From positions 672,001 to 736,000 of the forward strand of contig CAWDNU010000004.1 in assembly GCA_963803705.1 (NCBI GenBank): a stretch of DNA of 64,000 nucleotides. The letters are read 5' to 3'. This document shows positions 20,043 to 31,070 of the stretch, piece after piece. Every line of letters begins with the position of its first letter. The stretch's first letter is position 1. The notes beneath the pieces are model-generated. The model was given only the letters and a program-made list of their open reading frames with translations, had not been told where the DNA came from and did not search any database. The position numbers and the translations under genes were made by a program. This stretch comes from an uncultured Pseudobdellovibrionaceae bacterium. Lineage in GTDB: Bacteria > Bdellovibrionota > Bdellovibrionia > Bdellovibrionales > UBA1609.

Positions 20043-21408
20043 CAGAAATAATTATTTTTCCATCCCTTGCTTTTATGATAGCCACTTGCACTTAGAGGGC
20101 CTAGGCAAATATCAACAAAAAAGTAATTTAAATCAGATCAAAAATCTAGATCAGCTTCAAGAATTTATAAAAAAAACTCAATATCAAAACTCTGAAACGA
20201 TCGAAGCTTTTGGACTTCGAAAGGATCTGCTTAGAAATTTTGAAAAAGTAAGCGATACTTTTAAGAATTTTAACACGAAAAATATTAATTACTATTTAGT
20301 TTTAGAAGACGGACACGAGCTGCTTTTTCACGGCACCTGGTTAGCTGACTTTAAGAGCAAATTTGAAACACAAATTTTAGGCTTAGCTGGTGATAAGCTT
20401 AGACATTTCAAAAAAAGATTTGATAACCTAACGTTTTTATTTGATGACAGTAATCGTTTTTTATTTGATCAATACTTTCACACTCGAAACAGTAATTGCT
20501 CATCACAAAAAGCAAACCTACTTGCAGCTCAAAGTATTCTTTTTTCCAAGGGCATCACCCATTGCAGGGATCTAACAAGTGATCTAACCCAATTTCGTGA
20601 ATTGATCTTATTGGCTAGCGATGGTTTGTTCGACCTACGAACAGAGACATTTTTTTCTGATTTTTTTGGAACTAAAGTTTCAAAACTAATAGCCGACTCT
20701 AAGTTGGCAAAAAAACTTTCAGCTGAGAATATTTTAGGACCTCAAATTCAGCATAAAGGGGTAAAGCTTTTCGTAGACGGGACGTTTTCACAAAATACAG
20801 TGGATTTAACATGCTCACATATTAATTCACACAGGCCAAAAGATAGGTACACCACTAGTGACCTAATCAATATACTGAAACTTGTGAATGAAGAAAATTT
20901 AGAAATTGCGTTTCACACTATGGGCGATGGAGCAGTTGAAAAGATTTTAGACGCATTTAACAATGTTAAAGAATCATTAAAAACTCGGATTCATCTTGAA
21001 CACTGTGAATTGATCAATATGAAAACAATGAACTATTTACTTTCACTTGAACCTAGATTTAAAAATTTAATTACTTTTCATTTTCAACCAAGTCATTATC
21101 TTGCAGATCAAAAAAAAATTGAGGGAGTAAAAAAAGTAGTTCCAGACATTTACGTTTTTCCTTGGTTCAAACTTTTAAGCAATGGTTTTTCGGTTCACTT
21201 TGGTAGCGATGCCCCAATTAAAGATCCAGGATTAGGCTTTATCTTTGAAGAGGGCTTCAGAGATTTTTTTAATTCATCGACCGAGCTACTTAGCTTCTGG
21301 CCTATGTTTATCCACCCAAGATACAAAGAACTCCCTTCAACTTTTTCTGTGTTCGACAATACAGGGCTTCTTTCTGTATTTCTAAATGGAAAGAAAATGC
21401 AAATTTAG
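19996..21408 (+). CDS. Amidohydrolase family protein (YtcJ-like)
   Basis: DSHLH, KLFVDG, FHTMGD, LEHCE, GSDAP. Confidence 0.8.
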   Translation: MITPNLMSLVNLKDFNRNNYFSIPCFYDSHLHLEGLGKYQQKSNLNQIKNLDQLQEFIKKTQYQNSETIEAFGLRKDLLRNFEKVSDTFKNFNTKNINYYLVLEDGHELLFHGTWLADFKSKFETQILGLAGDKLRHFKKRFDNLTFLFDDSNRFLFDQYFHTRNSNCSSQKANLLAAQSILFSKGITHCRDLTSDLTQFRELILLASDGLFDLRTETFFSDFFGTKVSKLIADSKLAKKLSAENILGPQIQHKGVKLFVDGTFSQNTVDLTCSHINSHRPKDRYTTSDLINILKLVNEENLEIAFHTMGDGAVEKILDAFNNVKESLKTRIHLEHCELINMKTMNYLLSLEPRFKNLITFHFQPSHYLADQKKIEGVKKVVPDIYVFPWFKLLSNGFSVHFGSDAPIKDPGLGFIFEEGFRDFFNSSTELLSFWPMFIHPRYKELPSTFSVFDNTGLLSVFLNGKKMQI

Positions 21409-21609
21409 TTTGCAAAACATTTTTTAGTTGAGTCTGTTTGAATAGCTTAAATATTTTAGATTTTAACTTAGATTTTAACTTAGATATCAAACTTAAATTT
21501 TAGTTTATAAATTATTCTATTATTTTAGATAATGATGAAACTTTTATGTGACTTAGTTGTTAAGATTTTATAGCATTTCAAAAACAACATTCTAGTTTTA
21601 GGAGCATCA

Positions 21610-22338
21610 ATGACTTATTTTCGCAATAGTCTGGTTATAATTTTCGCTTTGGTAGCTGTCTCTGGCTGCTCAACCTGGTCCGCAGACAAGTGTCAAAGCA
21701 CCAATTGGGATACAATGGGCTACTCTGAGGCCTCAACAGGGAAAGACAATGCTTCTGGTCTTTATGCTTCTAGGTGCCAAAAAAAGGGTGTGAGCATCAA
21801 TAGTGGTGCTTACAATAAGGGTTACAGTCGGGGCCTAATGACTTATTGCAATTATAATAAAGGCCATAAAACTGCTTTTTCCGGTGAGCTGAAAGAACCA
21901 ATGTGTTCGCCAGTTCCAACCTATAACAAAGGCTATTCTAAAGGAACTTTTGAGTACTGCACAGCTGCTACAGGTTATAAAGTGGCCGTTGACGGCGGCG
22001 CTGAGGCCAAAATTTGCTCTGGAAAAGCTGCAACTAATTTTATGAAAGGCTATAAAAAGGGGCGCAGAAAATTTGTCGTTGAAGAGATCAATAATTTGAA
22101 AGAAGACTTAGCTAAAGCAAAAAGAGACCTGGACGACATCAGAGATCGGCTTTCTGACAAGCAGAACCAATTAGCCAGGGTACCCCAGCGCTCTTACGAG
22201 CCCTCAGTGATAAGACTTAGACAGGATTTGCAGAACGAGGTCGGAAACCTTAGTGGCAGCAGGGACGAAATCAAACAACAGGTCGACGAGATGAGCGACC
22301 GATTGGGTCAACTTGAAAGAGAATCGAGAGATAATTAA
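21610..22338 (+). CDS. DUF2799-like lipoprotein with C-terminal coiled coil
   Basis: Lipobox VSGC; repeated YxxGYxxGxxxYC. Confidence 0.7.
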   Translation: MTYFRNSLVIIFALVAVSGCSTWSADKCQSTNWDTMGYSEASTGKDNASGLYASRCQKKGVSINSGAYNKGYSRGLMTYCNYNKGHKTAFSGELKEPMCSPVPTYNKGYSKGTFEYCTAATGYKVAVDGGAEAKICSGKAATNFMKGYKKGRRKFVVEEINNLKEDLAKAKRDLDDIRDRLSDKQNQLARVPQRSYEPSVIRLRQDLQNEVGNLSGSRDEIKQQVDEMSDRLGQLERESRDN

Positions 22339-22367
22339 TCTATAATTTTTGTTTGTATTAATTTGGT

Positions 22368-24500
22368 CTAAATTCGGCCCATTTTTTTAAGCAACTCGTT
22401 TTGATTTTTTTTTGGCAGCGAGCTGTAGTTGTGAAACTTCATTGTGAAGCTTGCGCGCCCTTGAGATAGCGAGCGAATATCTGTCGCATAGCCAAACAAC
22501 TCTGCCAACGGAACTTCAGCGTCAATGACTTGTTGCACGCCTTTCAAACTCATGTTTAAAACTTTGCCACGCCGGGAATTAAGGTCCCCAACTATATTCC
22601 CAACGAAGTCTTCAGGTGTGATCACTTCCATTTTAAATATTGGCTCATAAAGTTCACACTTTGCTGATTGCAAGGCCTTTCGAACAGCTTGCGACACGGC
22701 AACCCGGCATACACCTTCTGTGGTGACCGACTTGTCGTATCCTAATTTCACCACTTCCACCTTTATATCGATCAGTGCATAACCGGCCAACGGCCCAACT
22801 TGAATAGCGTCTAGTGCTCCTGATTTTAAAGAGTTTTTCCACTCTTCTCTGATTCCAGTATCTGCATTCTCATTGAATTGATATGTAACTCCACTGCCAG
22901 TACTTTGGGGAGAAAGGTTTATTGATACTTCAGCCCATTCTGTGGTTGCACTGATGAGGCGCTCGAATCTGGCATTAGCTTTAACAGGCGACATTAAAGC
23001 TTCACGGTAAGATACTTGTGGCTGTCCTATATTGGCTTTAGCTTTGAACTCTCTTAGAAGCCTTTCTACAAGAATTTCTAAGTGAAGCTCACCCATACCC
23101 GAAAGCAAAGTCTGGCCTGTCTCAGGGTCTTCATGAACGCTAGAGGAAGGGTCTTCTCTAAGTAGAGATTGCAGACCAACTTCAAGATTTTTTCTATCGG
23201 CAGCACTTTTTGGTTCTATCACAACAGAGATAACTGGATCTGGAAATTGGATTGACTCTAAAGTTACTGGCCTCTTCACAGAACACAAAGTGTCGCCAGT
23301 TCCGGTTAACTTTAACCCAATGCAAGCGCCTATATCACCTGCTTTTAATTCTGTAATTTCTTCTCTGGAATTGGCATGTATTTTAAAGAGCTTTTGTATC
23401 TTCTCTTTTTTTTGAAGCCTTGGATTCAGTAGGTTGTCTCCAACAGAAATAACCCCCGAATAGACTCTGATAAAAGTCATCGAGCCAGCAAAAGTATCAG
23501 AGGCGATTTTAAAAGCCAAAGCCGCCGAAGGAGATTCAAAATCTGTTTTGCAAACCAATTTTTTATCCTCATTATTTGGATCTAATCCAACTACATCGTC
23601 ACGATCCAAAGGTGAGGGCAAATAAGCAAGCACAGCATTTAAAAGTGGCTGGACGCCTTTATTTTTAAATGCACTACCGCATAAAACAGGCGTTATTTTA
23701 TTTGCTATGACCGCGGATCTTAATGCTGTTTGTATTTCATCAGCACTAAGCTCAATGCCTTCCAAGTACTTTTCCATCAGAAGGTCGCTGGTCTCACAAA
23801 TTTTTTCTATTAGTAATTCCCTAGCTGCTGCAACTTCAACTTTTATGTTCTCTGGTATATCCTGAGTTTCAAAATTTAGCCCTTTATCTTCGCTAGCTGC
23901 TGTCCAGACATAAGCCTTCGTGAGAACCAAATCTACTACACCAACAAATTGGTCCTCGCTTCCAATAGGCAGCTGAAGTGCAACAGGGTTACCGCCAAGT
24001 TTTTTTTCGATGCTAACTAAGCTTTCTTGAAAGTTAGCCCCCACACGGTCCATCTTGTTTATAAATGCAATTCTAGGAACAGAATATTTATTTGCTTGCC
24101 TCCAGACGGTCTCTGATTGAGGCTCAACTCCACTGACTCCATCAAATACAGCCACTGCACCATCAAGCACTCTCAAGGACCTTTCAACTTCTATTGTAAA
24201 GTCCACGTGTCCAGGAGTATCTATTATATTTATTCTATGATTTTCCCATTCGCAGGTCGTTGCGGCAGAAGTAATCGTTATGCCGCGCTCTTGTTCTTGT
24301 TCCATCCAGTCCATAATGGTGTCCCCGTCGTGGACCTCACCGATTTTATGACTTTTGCCAGAGTAGAAAAGAATACGTTCAGTGGTAGTGGTCTTTCCAG
24401 CATCAATATGAGCCATAATGCCAATATTTCTTGTCCACTTTAAATCTTCAATTTTTGTAACAGGTTTTAATCCCAACTGAGCTCCCGATAAGCCTTTCAA
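22368..24500 (-). CDS. fusA: Elongation factor G (divergent domain IV, EF-G2-like)
   Basis: [47 protein letters not shown]. Confidence 0.9.
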   Translation of the reverse strand: MKGLSGAQLGLKPVTKIEDLKWTRNIGIMAHIDAGKTTTTERILFYSGKSHKIGEVHDGDTIMDWMEQEQERGITITSAATTCEWENHRINIIDTPGHVDFTIEVERSLRVLDGAVAVFDGVSGVEPQSETVWRQANKYSVPRIAFINKMDRVGANFQESLVSIEKKLGGNPVALQLPIGSEDQFVGVVDLVLTKAYVWTAASEDKGLNFETQDIPENIKVEVAAARELLIEKICETSDLLMEKYLEGIELSADEIQTALRSAVIANKITPVLCGSAFKNKGVQPLLNAVLAYLPSPLDRDDVVGLDPNNEDKKLVCKTDFESPSAALAFKIASDTFAGSMTFIRVYSGVISVGDNLLNPRLQKKEKIQKLFKIHANSREEITELKAGDIGACIGLKLTGTGDTLCSVKRPVTLESIQFPDPVISVVIEPKSAADRKNLEVGLQSLLREDPSSSVHEDPETGQTLLSGMGELHLEILVERLLREFKAKANIGQPQVSYREALMSPVKANARFERLISATTEWAEVSINLSPQSTGSGVTYQFNENADTGIREEWKNSLKSGALDAIQVGPLAGYALIDIKVEVVKLGYDKSVTTEGVCRVAVSQAVRKALQSAKCELYEPIFKMEVITPEDFVGNIVGDLNSRRGKVLNMSLKGVQQVIDAEVPLAELFGYATDIRSLSQGRASFTMKFHNYSSLPKKNQNELLKKMGRI

Positions 24501-24635
24501 GTCTACAAATAAAGCCTAATGAATCAAAACTGTCTATGATTTTTTCGATTTTCTTAATAAGCTTGTCTCATTTTCATGCAAATATGCTTTCAAATTTAAC
24601 ATACTATTTTTTAAAATAAGATTTTTGAAATAATA

Positions 24636-24943
24636 GGACCTGTGGAAGATTCATTTAGGTTTTAAATGCTTTAGATTCAATTGAAGTTGTTTTAAGCGCA
24701 GACTGAGGTTTTTGAAGTGAAGCTATAGCTACATCGAAAAAAGCGAAGGCGAGCACAAAACAAATGGGCCTGTTGAAAAAGTATTAGATTCTAGGCGTCC
24801 AAGCTTAAAATCGAATGAGTCGTAGTTTATCTACGTCGAATGAGATTTAAGCGAAGGCAACAACGAAGATGATGCTTTTTCAACAGGCCCAAATTCTTTT
24901 AGAGATGAAGTAGTAAAAACCTAGATGAATCTTCCACAGGCCC
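24636..24943. mobile_element. MITE family B, copy 2, containing a nested family A copy
   Basis: Matches 16906..17083 with a 125-bp insertion and AAAT duplication. Confidence 0.9.
24766..24890. mobile_element. MITE family A, copy 2 (nested)
   Basis: TIR GGGCCTGTTGAAAAAG/CTTTTTCAACAGGCCC; AAAT on both sides. Confidence 0.9.
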
Positions 24944-25169
24944 TAACACTTTAAAAATTTTCAACGGCCGAAATTTTTCTTAAGCTAGCTGTTAAAGCAC
25001 TGATACCGTAACTGAAACTTGTTTTTCATTTTTTAACATTCATAATTTTCTCAAATTAAGTCAGAAAATTTCAGTTTTGTGTATAGATATTATTCAGTGA
25101 CTAATCCTTAAATAGCTAGCCCCCTTTAAAAAGACTTTAGTCTGGTACAAGAATTGCTTTCTACTATAG

Positions 25170-25694
25170 TTGTTGGGGGACGTTATGAAAAATTCAATTA
25201 AACTAGTTCTTATGGGTTTTAGCATTCTTTTTGCTCAGAGCAGCTACGCTGTTTTAGATGATAATTTAGGAATGACTGATCAATCCGCCAAGAACTTAAC
25301 TTTTAATTCTAAGGTTAATATTAGCAATAAAACAGTCACTTATAAAACTAAAAAGAGTAGGAAAGTGCTTTCCAGAACGGCTAAGCTTGCACCTAAAAAA
25401 TTAGGAAATGTTCCGCGGCACATTCAGGAAAATTGGAATGCTTTGTCTAACGATCAGAAGGAAGTGATTTACTCTTACCATAATGAAAATCCCTATGCTC
25501 AAATCAATAAAGAGTATTTTAAAAATATCTCGAAACCAGACGAGGACTATGAACACGATACCGACTATGGTTTTGATGGTACACAACAGTTAAGTTTAGA
25601 AGATTTAAGAAGCGACATTAACGGCGCAACTACAGAGGAGCTTTCTGAGGAAACTAAGCTTGTGATCAAAAACCTTGCTGCATTGGAAGATTAA
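25170..25694 (+). CDS. Secreted hypothetical protein between rpsG and fusA
   Basis: Signal peptide ending SYA-V; likely start ATG 25185 after GGGGG SD. Confidence 0.65.
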   Translation: MLGDVMKNSIKLVLMGFSILFAQSSYAVLDDNLGMTDQSAKNLTFNSKVNISNKTVTYKTKKSRKVLSRTAKLAPKKLGNVPRHIQENWNALSNDQKEVIYSYHNENPYAQINKEYFKNISKPDEDYEHDTDYGFDGTQQLSLEDLRSDINGATTEELSEETKLVIKNLAALED

Positions 25695-25785
25695 ACAGTA
25701 TTGCTACAATATGTGAAATTCGACGATTCGCAAAAGAAATCTGCATATTCTAGTTAACTGTATCGATAAAAACAAAAATTAAACC

Positions 25786-25817
25786 AAAAAAAAGCTCTGT
25801 TTCTACAGAGCTTTTTT
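25786..25817. terminator. Bidirectional intrinsic terminator
   Basis: A-tract GCTCTGT-ttct-ACAGAGC T-tract between convergent genes. Confidence 0.85.
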
Positions 25818-25838
25818 ATTTTTTGGTATGATAAATAA

Positions 25839-26312
25839 TTACCAGTTATAGTGAGAAAAGGCCCGGTTGGCGTCAGCCATTTTATGAACATCTTCTTTTT
25901 TCTTAACTGAATTACCGCGACTATGGAAAGCATCGGCTAACTCACCAGCTAGCTTTTCAGCCATCGATTTTTCACCCCGCTTTCTTGAATTGTCCACTAA
26001 CCATCTCATAGCTAAAGTTAAACGTCTTACCGGTCTAACATCTACTGGAACCTGGTAAGTTGCCCCGCCAACTCGGCGAGATCTAACTTCCAAAGCTGGC
26101 TTAACATTTTCGACAGCTTTCTTAAAAACCATCAAAGGTTCTTCTTCGGAGACTTTATTTTTAAGAATTTCAAATGAAGCATAGAGAGTCTTTTGTGCAG
26201 TAGTTTTTCGTCCACCATACATTAAGCGGTTTACGAATTTAGCAACAACCACATCATTGTACATTGGATCTGGTAAAACTTCTCTCTGGTCACTTTTACG
26301 ACGTCTTGACAT
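25839..26312 (-). CDS. rpsG: 30S ribosomal protein S7
   Basis: RRVGGATYQVP, HKMADANRAFSHY. Confidence 0.98.
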   Translation of the reverse strand: MSRRRKSDQREVLPDPMYNDVVVAKFVNRLMYGGRKTTAQKTLYASFEILKNKVSEEEPLMVFKKAVENVKPALEVRSRRVGGATYQVPVDVRPVRRLTLAMRWLVDNSRKRGEKSMAEKLAGELADAFHSRGNSVKKKEDVHKMADANRAFSHYNW

Positions 26313-26321
26313 TATTTCCTC

Positions 26322-26696
26322 TTAACCTTTAGGTCTTTTTGTTCCATATTTTGATCTTGAATTCTTCCTGTTGCTAACACCTTGTGTATCTAAAACTCCG
26401 CGGACCACATGATAACGAACGCCTGGCAGATCTTTCACTCGACCACCGCGAATTAAAATTACGCTATGTTCCTGTAAGTTGTGACCCTCCCCGGGAATGT
26501 AAGAGATAACCTCGAAGCCGTTTGAAAGCCTAACTTTAGCTACTTTTCTTAAAGCAGAGTTTGGTTTTTTGGGAGTTGTTGTATAAACACGGGTACATAC
26601 TCCACGTCTTTGAGGACAGGCCTGAAGCGCCGGTGATGTAGTTTTGTTCTTTTGAACTCTTCTTTCTTTTCTTATGAGTTGGTTTACCGTAGGCAT
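26322..26696 (-). CDS. rpsL: 30S ribosomal protein S12
   Basis: [22 protein letters not shown]. Confidence 0.98.
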   Translation of the reverse strand: MPTVNQLIRKERRVQKNKTTSPALQACPQRRGVCTRVYTTTPKKPNSALRKVAKVRLSNGFEVISYIPGEGHNLQEHSVILIRGGRVKDLPGVRYHVVRGVLDTQGVSNRKNSRSKYGTKRPKG

Positions 26697-26849
26697 TTTA
26701 TCTCATTATCCTTTTATAGTTTTAGTCATTAAACTTGATTCAAATATTATGATACTAAGTATCTGAAACACACATAAATTTTAAAAATTATTCTAAAGAG
26801 CGGAAAATAACCTTCCCCTCTTCATTTAGTCAATTAAAAATACTGAAAC

Positions 26850-29800
26850 CTAGCTTACAGGTTGGTTCTGAGTTGTTTCAACAACACCTGTTGCCATCCC
26901 TCCTGGCAGAACTGCTCCAGAGCTTGATTCAGATCGCTCATCCACCTTTATCTTCCAGCGCTTGTAAGCGGGTACGCCCGTTCCTGCAGGGATCAGACGG
27001 CCCATTATAATGTTCTCTTTCAAACCCTGAAGATTATCAATTTTGGACTGGATAGCTGCTTCTGTTAAAACCTTAGTAGTTTCTTGGAAAGAAGCCGCAG
27101 AAATCCAACTTTCTGTTCCAAGGGACACTTTAGTTATACCCAGTAAAAGTGGTGTTCCGACTGCTGGCAACCCACCGCTAGCCACAACTGCTTCGTTTGT
27201 TTTTTCAAAGCGATATCTTTCAACCTGCTCACCTTTCAAAAACTCTGTGTCGCCTGAATCATCAACACCTACTTTTCTAAGCATCTGACGTACAATAACT
27301 TCGATGTGCTTATCGTTAATTCCAACACCTTGAAGTCTGTAAACTTCTTGGACTTCGTTCACTAAATAAGCTGCAAGCTCTTTGTCACCTAATACCTTCA
27401 AAATATCGTGCGGATCTGTAGGTCCGTCCATCAAAGCCTCGCCAGCTTTAACGTATTCGCCCTCTCGGACTGCAATGTGCTTACCTTTCGGAATTAAGTA
27501 CTCTCTAGGCTCACCAACTTCAGGTGTCACGACGACTCTTTGTTTGCCTTTAACGTCATTTCCAAACGTTACATACCCATCAATCTCAGTGATGATTGCA
27601 GCCTCTTTCGGAGTTCTAGCTTCAAAAAGTTCAGCCACACGAGGAAGACCACCCGTAATATCTTTTGTTTTAGAAGTTTCTCTGTGGATTTTAGCTACAA
27701 CATCACCAGAGTGAATCTCTTCGCCTTCAGCGACTAACAACTGAGCACCAACTGGTAAAATATATTTTGCATCAGCATCACGGCCTTTCAGTGGGATATG
27801 ATTTCCAGCACTGTCCACAACATAAACTGTAGGTTTAGAGTCCATGGCTTTACTGTCAGTGATTACTTTTGTTGCAAAACCAGTTACCGAGTCGACTTGT
27901 TCAGTTAAAGATTGCCCTTCTTCAATGCCCTCGAAAGCAGCAGTACCAGAGACTTCGGCTACAATCGGGTTTGAGTAAGGATCCCATTCTGCCAGGACCA
28001 TATCTTTAGTAACTTTTTCACCATCTTTGATATTTAAAGTAGTTCCATAGACCACACCCAAACGATCTCTTTCACGACCCGTTTCATCAGTAAGAACTAT
28101 AAAACCATTACGATTCATAGAAACAAGTTTTCCTTGTCTATTTTCAACAGTGTGAACCGAATCTAAAGTTACAGTTCCATCTACCCTTGCTACATGAACA
28201 GATTGTTCCACTGAACGAGAAGCTGTACCACCCAAATGGAAGGTTCTCATCGTCAACTGTGTGCCAGGCTCGCCGATAGACTGAGCTGCGATAATACCTA
28301 CAGCTTCACCTAAGTTTACTGTAGTTCCTCTTGATAAGTCGCGGCCGTAACACTTAATACAAATTCCACGTTCTGTCCGACACGTTAAAGCTGACCTGAT
28401 CATTACTTTTTCAACATTAAGTTCATCGATCAAATTCACGTCAGCCTCTTCAAGCTCTTCGCCAGCAGCTACTATAACGTCGTTTGTGTTAGGATCTAAA
28501 ATATCTTCCAGAGCTGTGCGGCCAAGAATTCGATCTCCAAGCTTTTGTATGACTTCTCCGCCCTCAATAAGCTGCTTAACTTCCATCCCATCTTTTGTGC
28601 CACAGTCATTTTCAGTCACTACTACGTCTTGAGATACATCGACTAATCTACGAGTTAAATATCCAGAGTTTGCAGTTTTAAGAGCCGTATCAGCAAGACC
28701 TTTTCTGGCACCATGTGTAGAGATAAAATATTGAAGAACTGATAAGCCTTCACGGAAATTTGCAACAATTGGTGTTTCGATAATTTCACCAGATGGTTTG
28801 GCCATCAGACCACGCATACCTGCCAACTGACGGATTTGAGCTGCTGAACCCCTTGCGCCAGAGTCAGCCATAATGAAAATTGAATTAAAACTGTCGGTTT
28901 CAATATCTTTTCCGTCAACATTGAAAGTTTGCTTCTCTATTCCTCTCATCATTTCTTTGGCAACCTTGTCACCAGTCTGAGCCCAAATATCTACAACCTT
29001 ATTATAGCGCTCACCATCAGTGATCAAACCTTCGTCGTACTGACCTTCGATCTCTGCAACTTCATTTTCAGCATTTAAAATCATAGTTTTTTTATTTTCT
29101 GGAATAGTCATGTCATCAAGACAGATCGAAATTCCAGCTTTAGTAGAGTATTTAAAACCAAGCTGCATAATCTTATCAGCTAGTATTGCAGTAGCTTTAC
29201 CGCCAGAAATTCTAAATGCTTTATCTATAACTTCAGCAAGCTGTCTTTTTCCAAGGGTTCTGTTGGCCTCTTCGAAAGGAACACCCGGAGGCACAATATC
29301 TGAAAAAATCGCACGCCCAACCGTTGTGTCTCGCAGTTTACCTTGGATACGAACCTTGCACTCGGCCTGCAAATCAATGTGATCTGCTTCATAAGCGTAA
29401 ATAAGTTCAGACACACTACCGAAAGTTTTACCGCGGCCCTTGGCGCCTGGTCTTACTCTAGTCATCCAGTAACAACCTAAAACTATATCCTGAGTAGGGT
29501 TGATGATTGGCTTACCATTTGCCGGAGATAATATGTTGTTCGTGGACATCATAAGTACACGAGCTTCAACTTGTGCTTCCAGTGAAAGCGGAACATGGAC
29601 GGCCATTTGGTCACCATCGAAATCTGCGTTAAAAGCAGTACATACAAGTGGATGTAACTGGATAGCTTTGCCTTCATGAAGTACAGGTTCAAAAGCTTGA
29701 ATTCCAAGCCTATGAAGTGTTGGTGCACGGTTTAACATTACAGGATGTTCTTTCACGCACTCAGATAAGATATCCCAAACTTCTACGGTTTCTTCTTCCA

Positions 29801-31001
29801 CAAGCTTTTTGGCTTGCTTAATGGTGGTCGCAAAACCTCTTTCTTCTAATTTATTATAAATAAAGGGCTTAAATAATTCTAAAGCCATTTTTTTAGGTAA
29901 TCCGCACTGGTGTAATTTTAAATAAGGTCCTACGACAATAACCGAACGACCAGAGTAATCCACGCGCTTACCAAGTAAGTTTTGTCTAAAACGCCCTTGC
30001 TTACCTTTAAGCATATCACTTAATGATTTTAATGGACGCTTGTTTGGTCCGGTAAAAGTTTTACCGCGACGTCCATTATCCAACAAGGCGTCTACAGCTT
30101 CTTGAAGCATACGTTTTTCATTTCGAATAATAATATCTGGAGCATTTAATTCTTGTAACCTTTTTAAGCGGTTATTTCTGTTGATAACTCGTCTGTAAAG
30201 ATCATTCAAATCAGATGTGGCAAAGCGTCCACCATCTAAAGGAACTAAAGGTCTTAGATCCGGTGGAATAACTGGTAAAGCTTGAATCATCATCCACTCA
30301 GGCTTGTTGATTGAACCCTTAAAAGCTTCAACAACTTTTAGACGCTTCGTGATCTTCTTCATTTGGGTTTCAGACTTAGTCTCTTTCATTTCGATTCTAA
30401 GTTTTTTAGATAAATAATCTGTATCAATTTTTTTAAGTAAATCTAAAACGGCAGTTCCACCAACAGTGGCTTTAAAGTTTGGACCAAAATCATTCAATGC
30501 ATTTTGGTAAGCCTCTTCTCCCAAAACGGAGCCTTCTTCTAAGGTCGTTTCCATAGGATCAGTTACTAAGTAGGCTTCGCAATACAAAACTCGCTCAACA
30601 TCTTTTAAAGTTAACCCAAGTAAATTTCCAATACGACTTGGAAGTGATCTTAAAAACCAGATATGTGCGACTGGGCTTGAAAGCTCAATATGACCCATAC
30701 GTTCACGACGAACTTTAGACTGAGTTACTTCAACGCCGCACTTCTCGCAAACAACTCCACGGTACTTCATTCTTTTATATTTACCGCATAAACATTCGTA
30801 ATCCTTTATAGGTCCGAAAATTTTAGCGCAAAATAAACCGTCTCTTTCTGGTTTAAAAGTTCTATAATTGATCGTTTCCGGCTTTTTAACTTCGCCGAAA
30901 GACCATTCTCTAATCATTTCTGGAGAAGCCAAAGAAATTCTAACAGATTCAAAAGCTAATGGATCTTTTGGTTTGTCAAAAAAGTTTAATAAGTCTTTCA
31001 A
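26850..31001 (-). CDS. rpoC: RNA polymerase beta' subunit
   Basis: [13 protein letters not shown]-terminal Zn finger, intact 1383 aa. Confidence 0.99.
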   Translation of the reverse strand: MKDLLNFFDKPKDPLAFESVRISLASPEMIREWSFGEVKKPETINYRTFKPERDGLFCAKIFGPIKDYECLCGKYKRMKYRGVVCEKCGVEVTQSKVRRERMGHIELSSPVAHIWFLRSLPSRIGNLLGLTLKDVERVLYCEAYLVTDPMETTLEEGSVLGEEAYQNALNDFGPNFKATVGGTAVLDLLKKIDTDYLSKKLRIEMKETKSETQMKKITKRLKVVEAFKGSINKPEWMMIQALPVIPPDLRPLVPLDGGRFATSDLNDLYRRVINRNNRLKRLQELNAPDIIIRNEKRMLQEAVDALLDNGRRGKTFTGPNKRPLKSLSDMLKGKQGRFRQNLLGKRVDYSGRSVIVVGPYLKLHQCGLPKKMALELFKPFIYNKLEERGFATTIKQAKKLVEEETVEVWDILSECVKEHPVMLNRAPTLHRLGIQAFEPVLHEGKAIQLHPLVCTAFNADFDGDQMAVHVPLSLEAQVEARVLMMSTNNILSPANGKPIINPTQDIVLGCYWMTRVRPGAKGRGKTFGSVSELIYAYEADHIDLQAECKVRIQGKLRDTTVGRAIFSDIVPPGVPFEEANRTLGKRQLAEVIDKAFRISGGKATAILADKIMQLGFKYSTKAGISICLDDMTIPENKKTMILNAENEVAEIEGQYDEGLITDGERYNKVVDIWAQTGDKVAKEMMRGIEKQTFNVDGKDIETDSFNSIFIMADSGARGSAAQIRQLAGMRGLMAKPSGEIIETPIVANFREGLSVLQYFISTHGARKGLADTALKTANSGYLTRRLVDVSQDVVVTENDCGTKDGMEVKQLIEGGEVIQKLGDRILGRTALEDILDPNTNDVIVAAGEELEEADVNLIDELNVEKVMIRSALTCRTERGICIKCYGRDLSRGTTVNLGEAVGIIAAQSIGEPGTQLTMRTFHLGGTASRSVEQSVHVARVDGTVTLDSVHTVENRQGKLVSMNRNGFIVLTDETGRERDRLGVVYGTTLNIKDGEKVTKDMVLAEWDPYSNPIVAEVSGTAAFEGIEEGQSLTEQVDSVTGFATKVITDSKAMDSKPTVYVVDSAGNHIPLKGRDADAKYILPVGAQLLVAEGEEIHSGDVVAKIHRETSKTKDITGGLPRVAELFEARTPKEAAIITEIDGYVTFGNDVKGKQRVVVTPEVGEPREYLIPKGKHIAVREGEYVKAGEALMDGPTDPHDILKVLGDKELAAYLVNEVQEVYRLQGVGINDKHIEVIVRQMLRKVGVDDSGDTEFLKGEQVERYRFEKTNEAVVASGGLPAVGTPLLLGITKVSLGTESWISAASFQETTKVLTEAAIQSKIDNLQGLKENIIMGRLIPAGTGVPAYKRWKIKVDERSESSSGAVLPGGMATGVVETTQNQPVS

Positions 31002-31070
31002 GGGTAACCTCGCTTATACGTGGAAAAAAATTAAATTATAAACAAAAAACAACTAAAAAAAGCGAGCTAC

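Noticed and set aside
21453..21503. TTAGATTTTAAC short tandem repeat
   Set aside because: Two to three AT-rich units, consistent with slippage; no functional evidence
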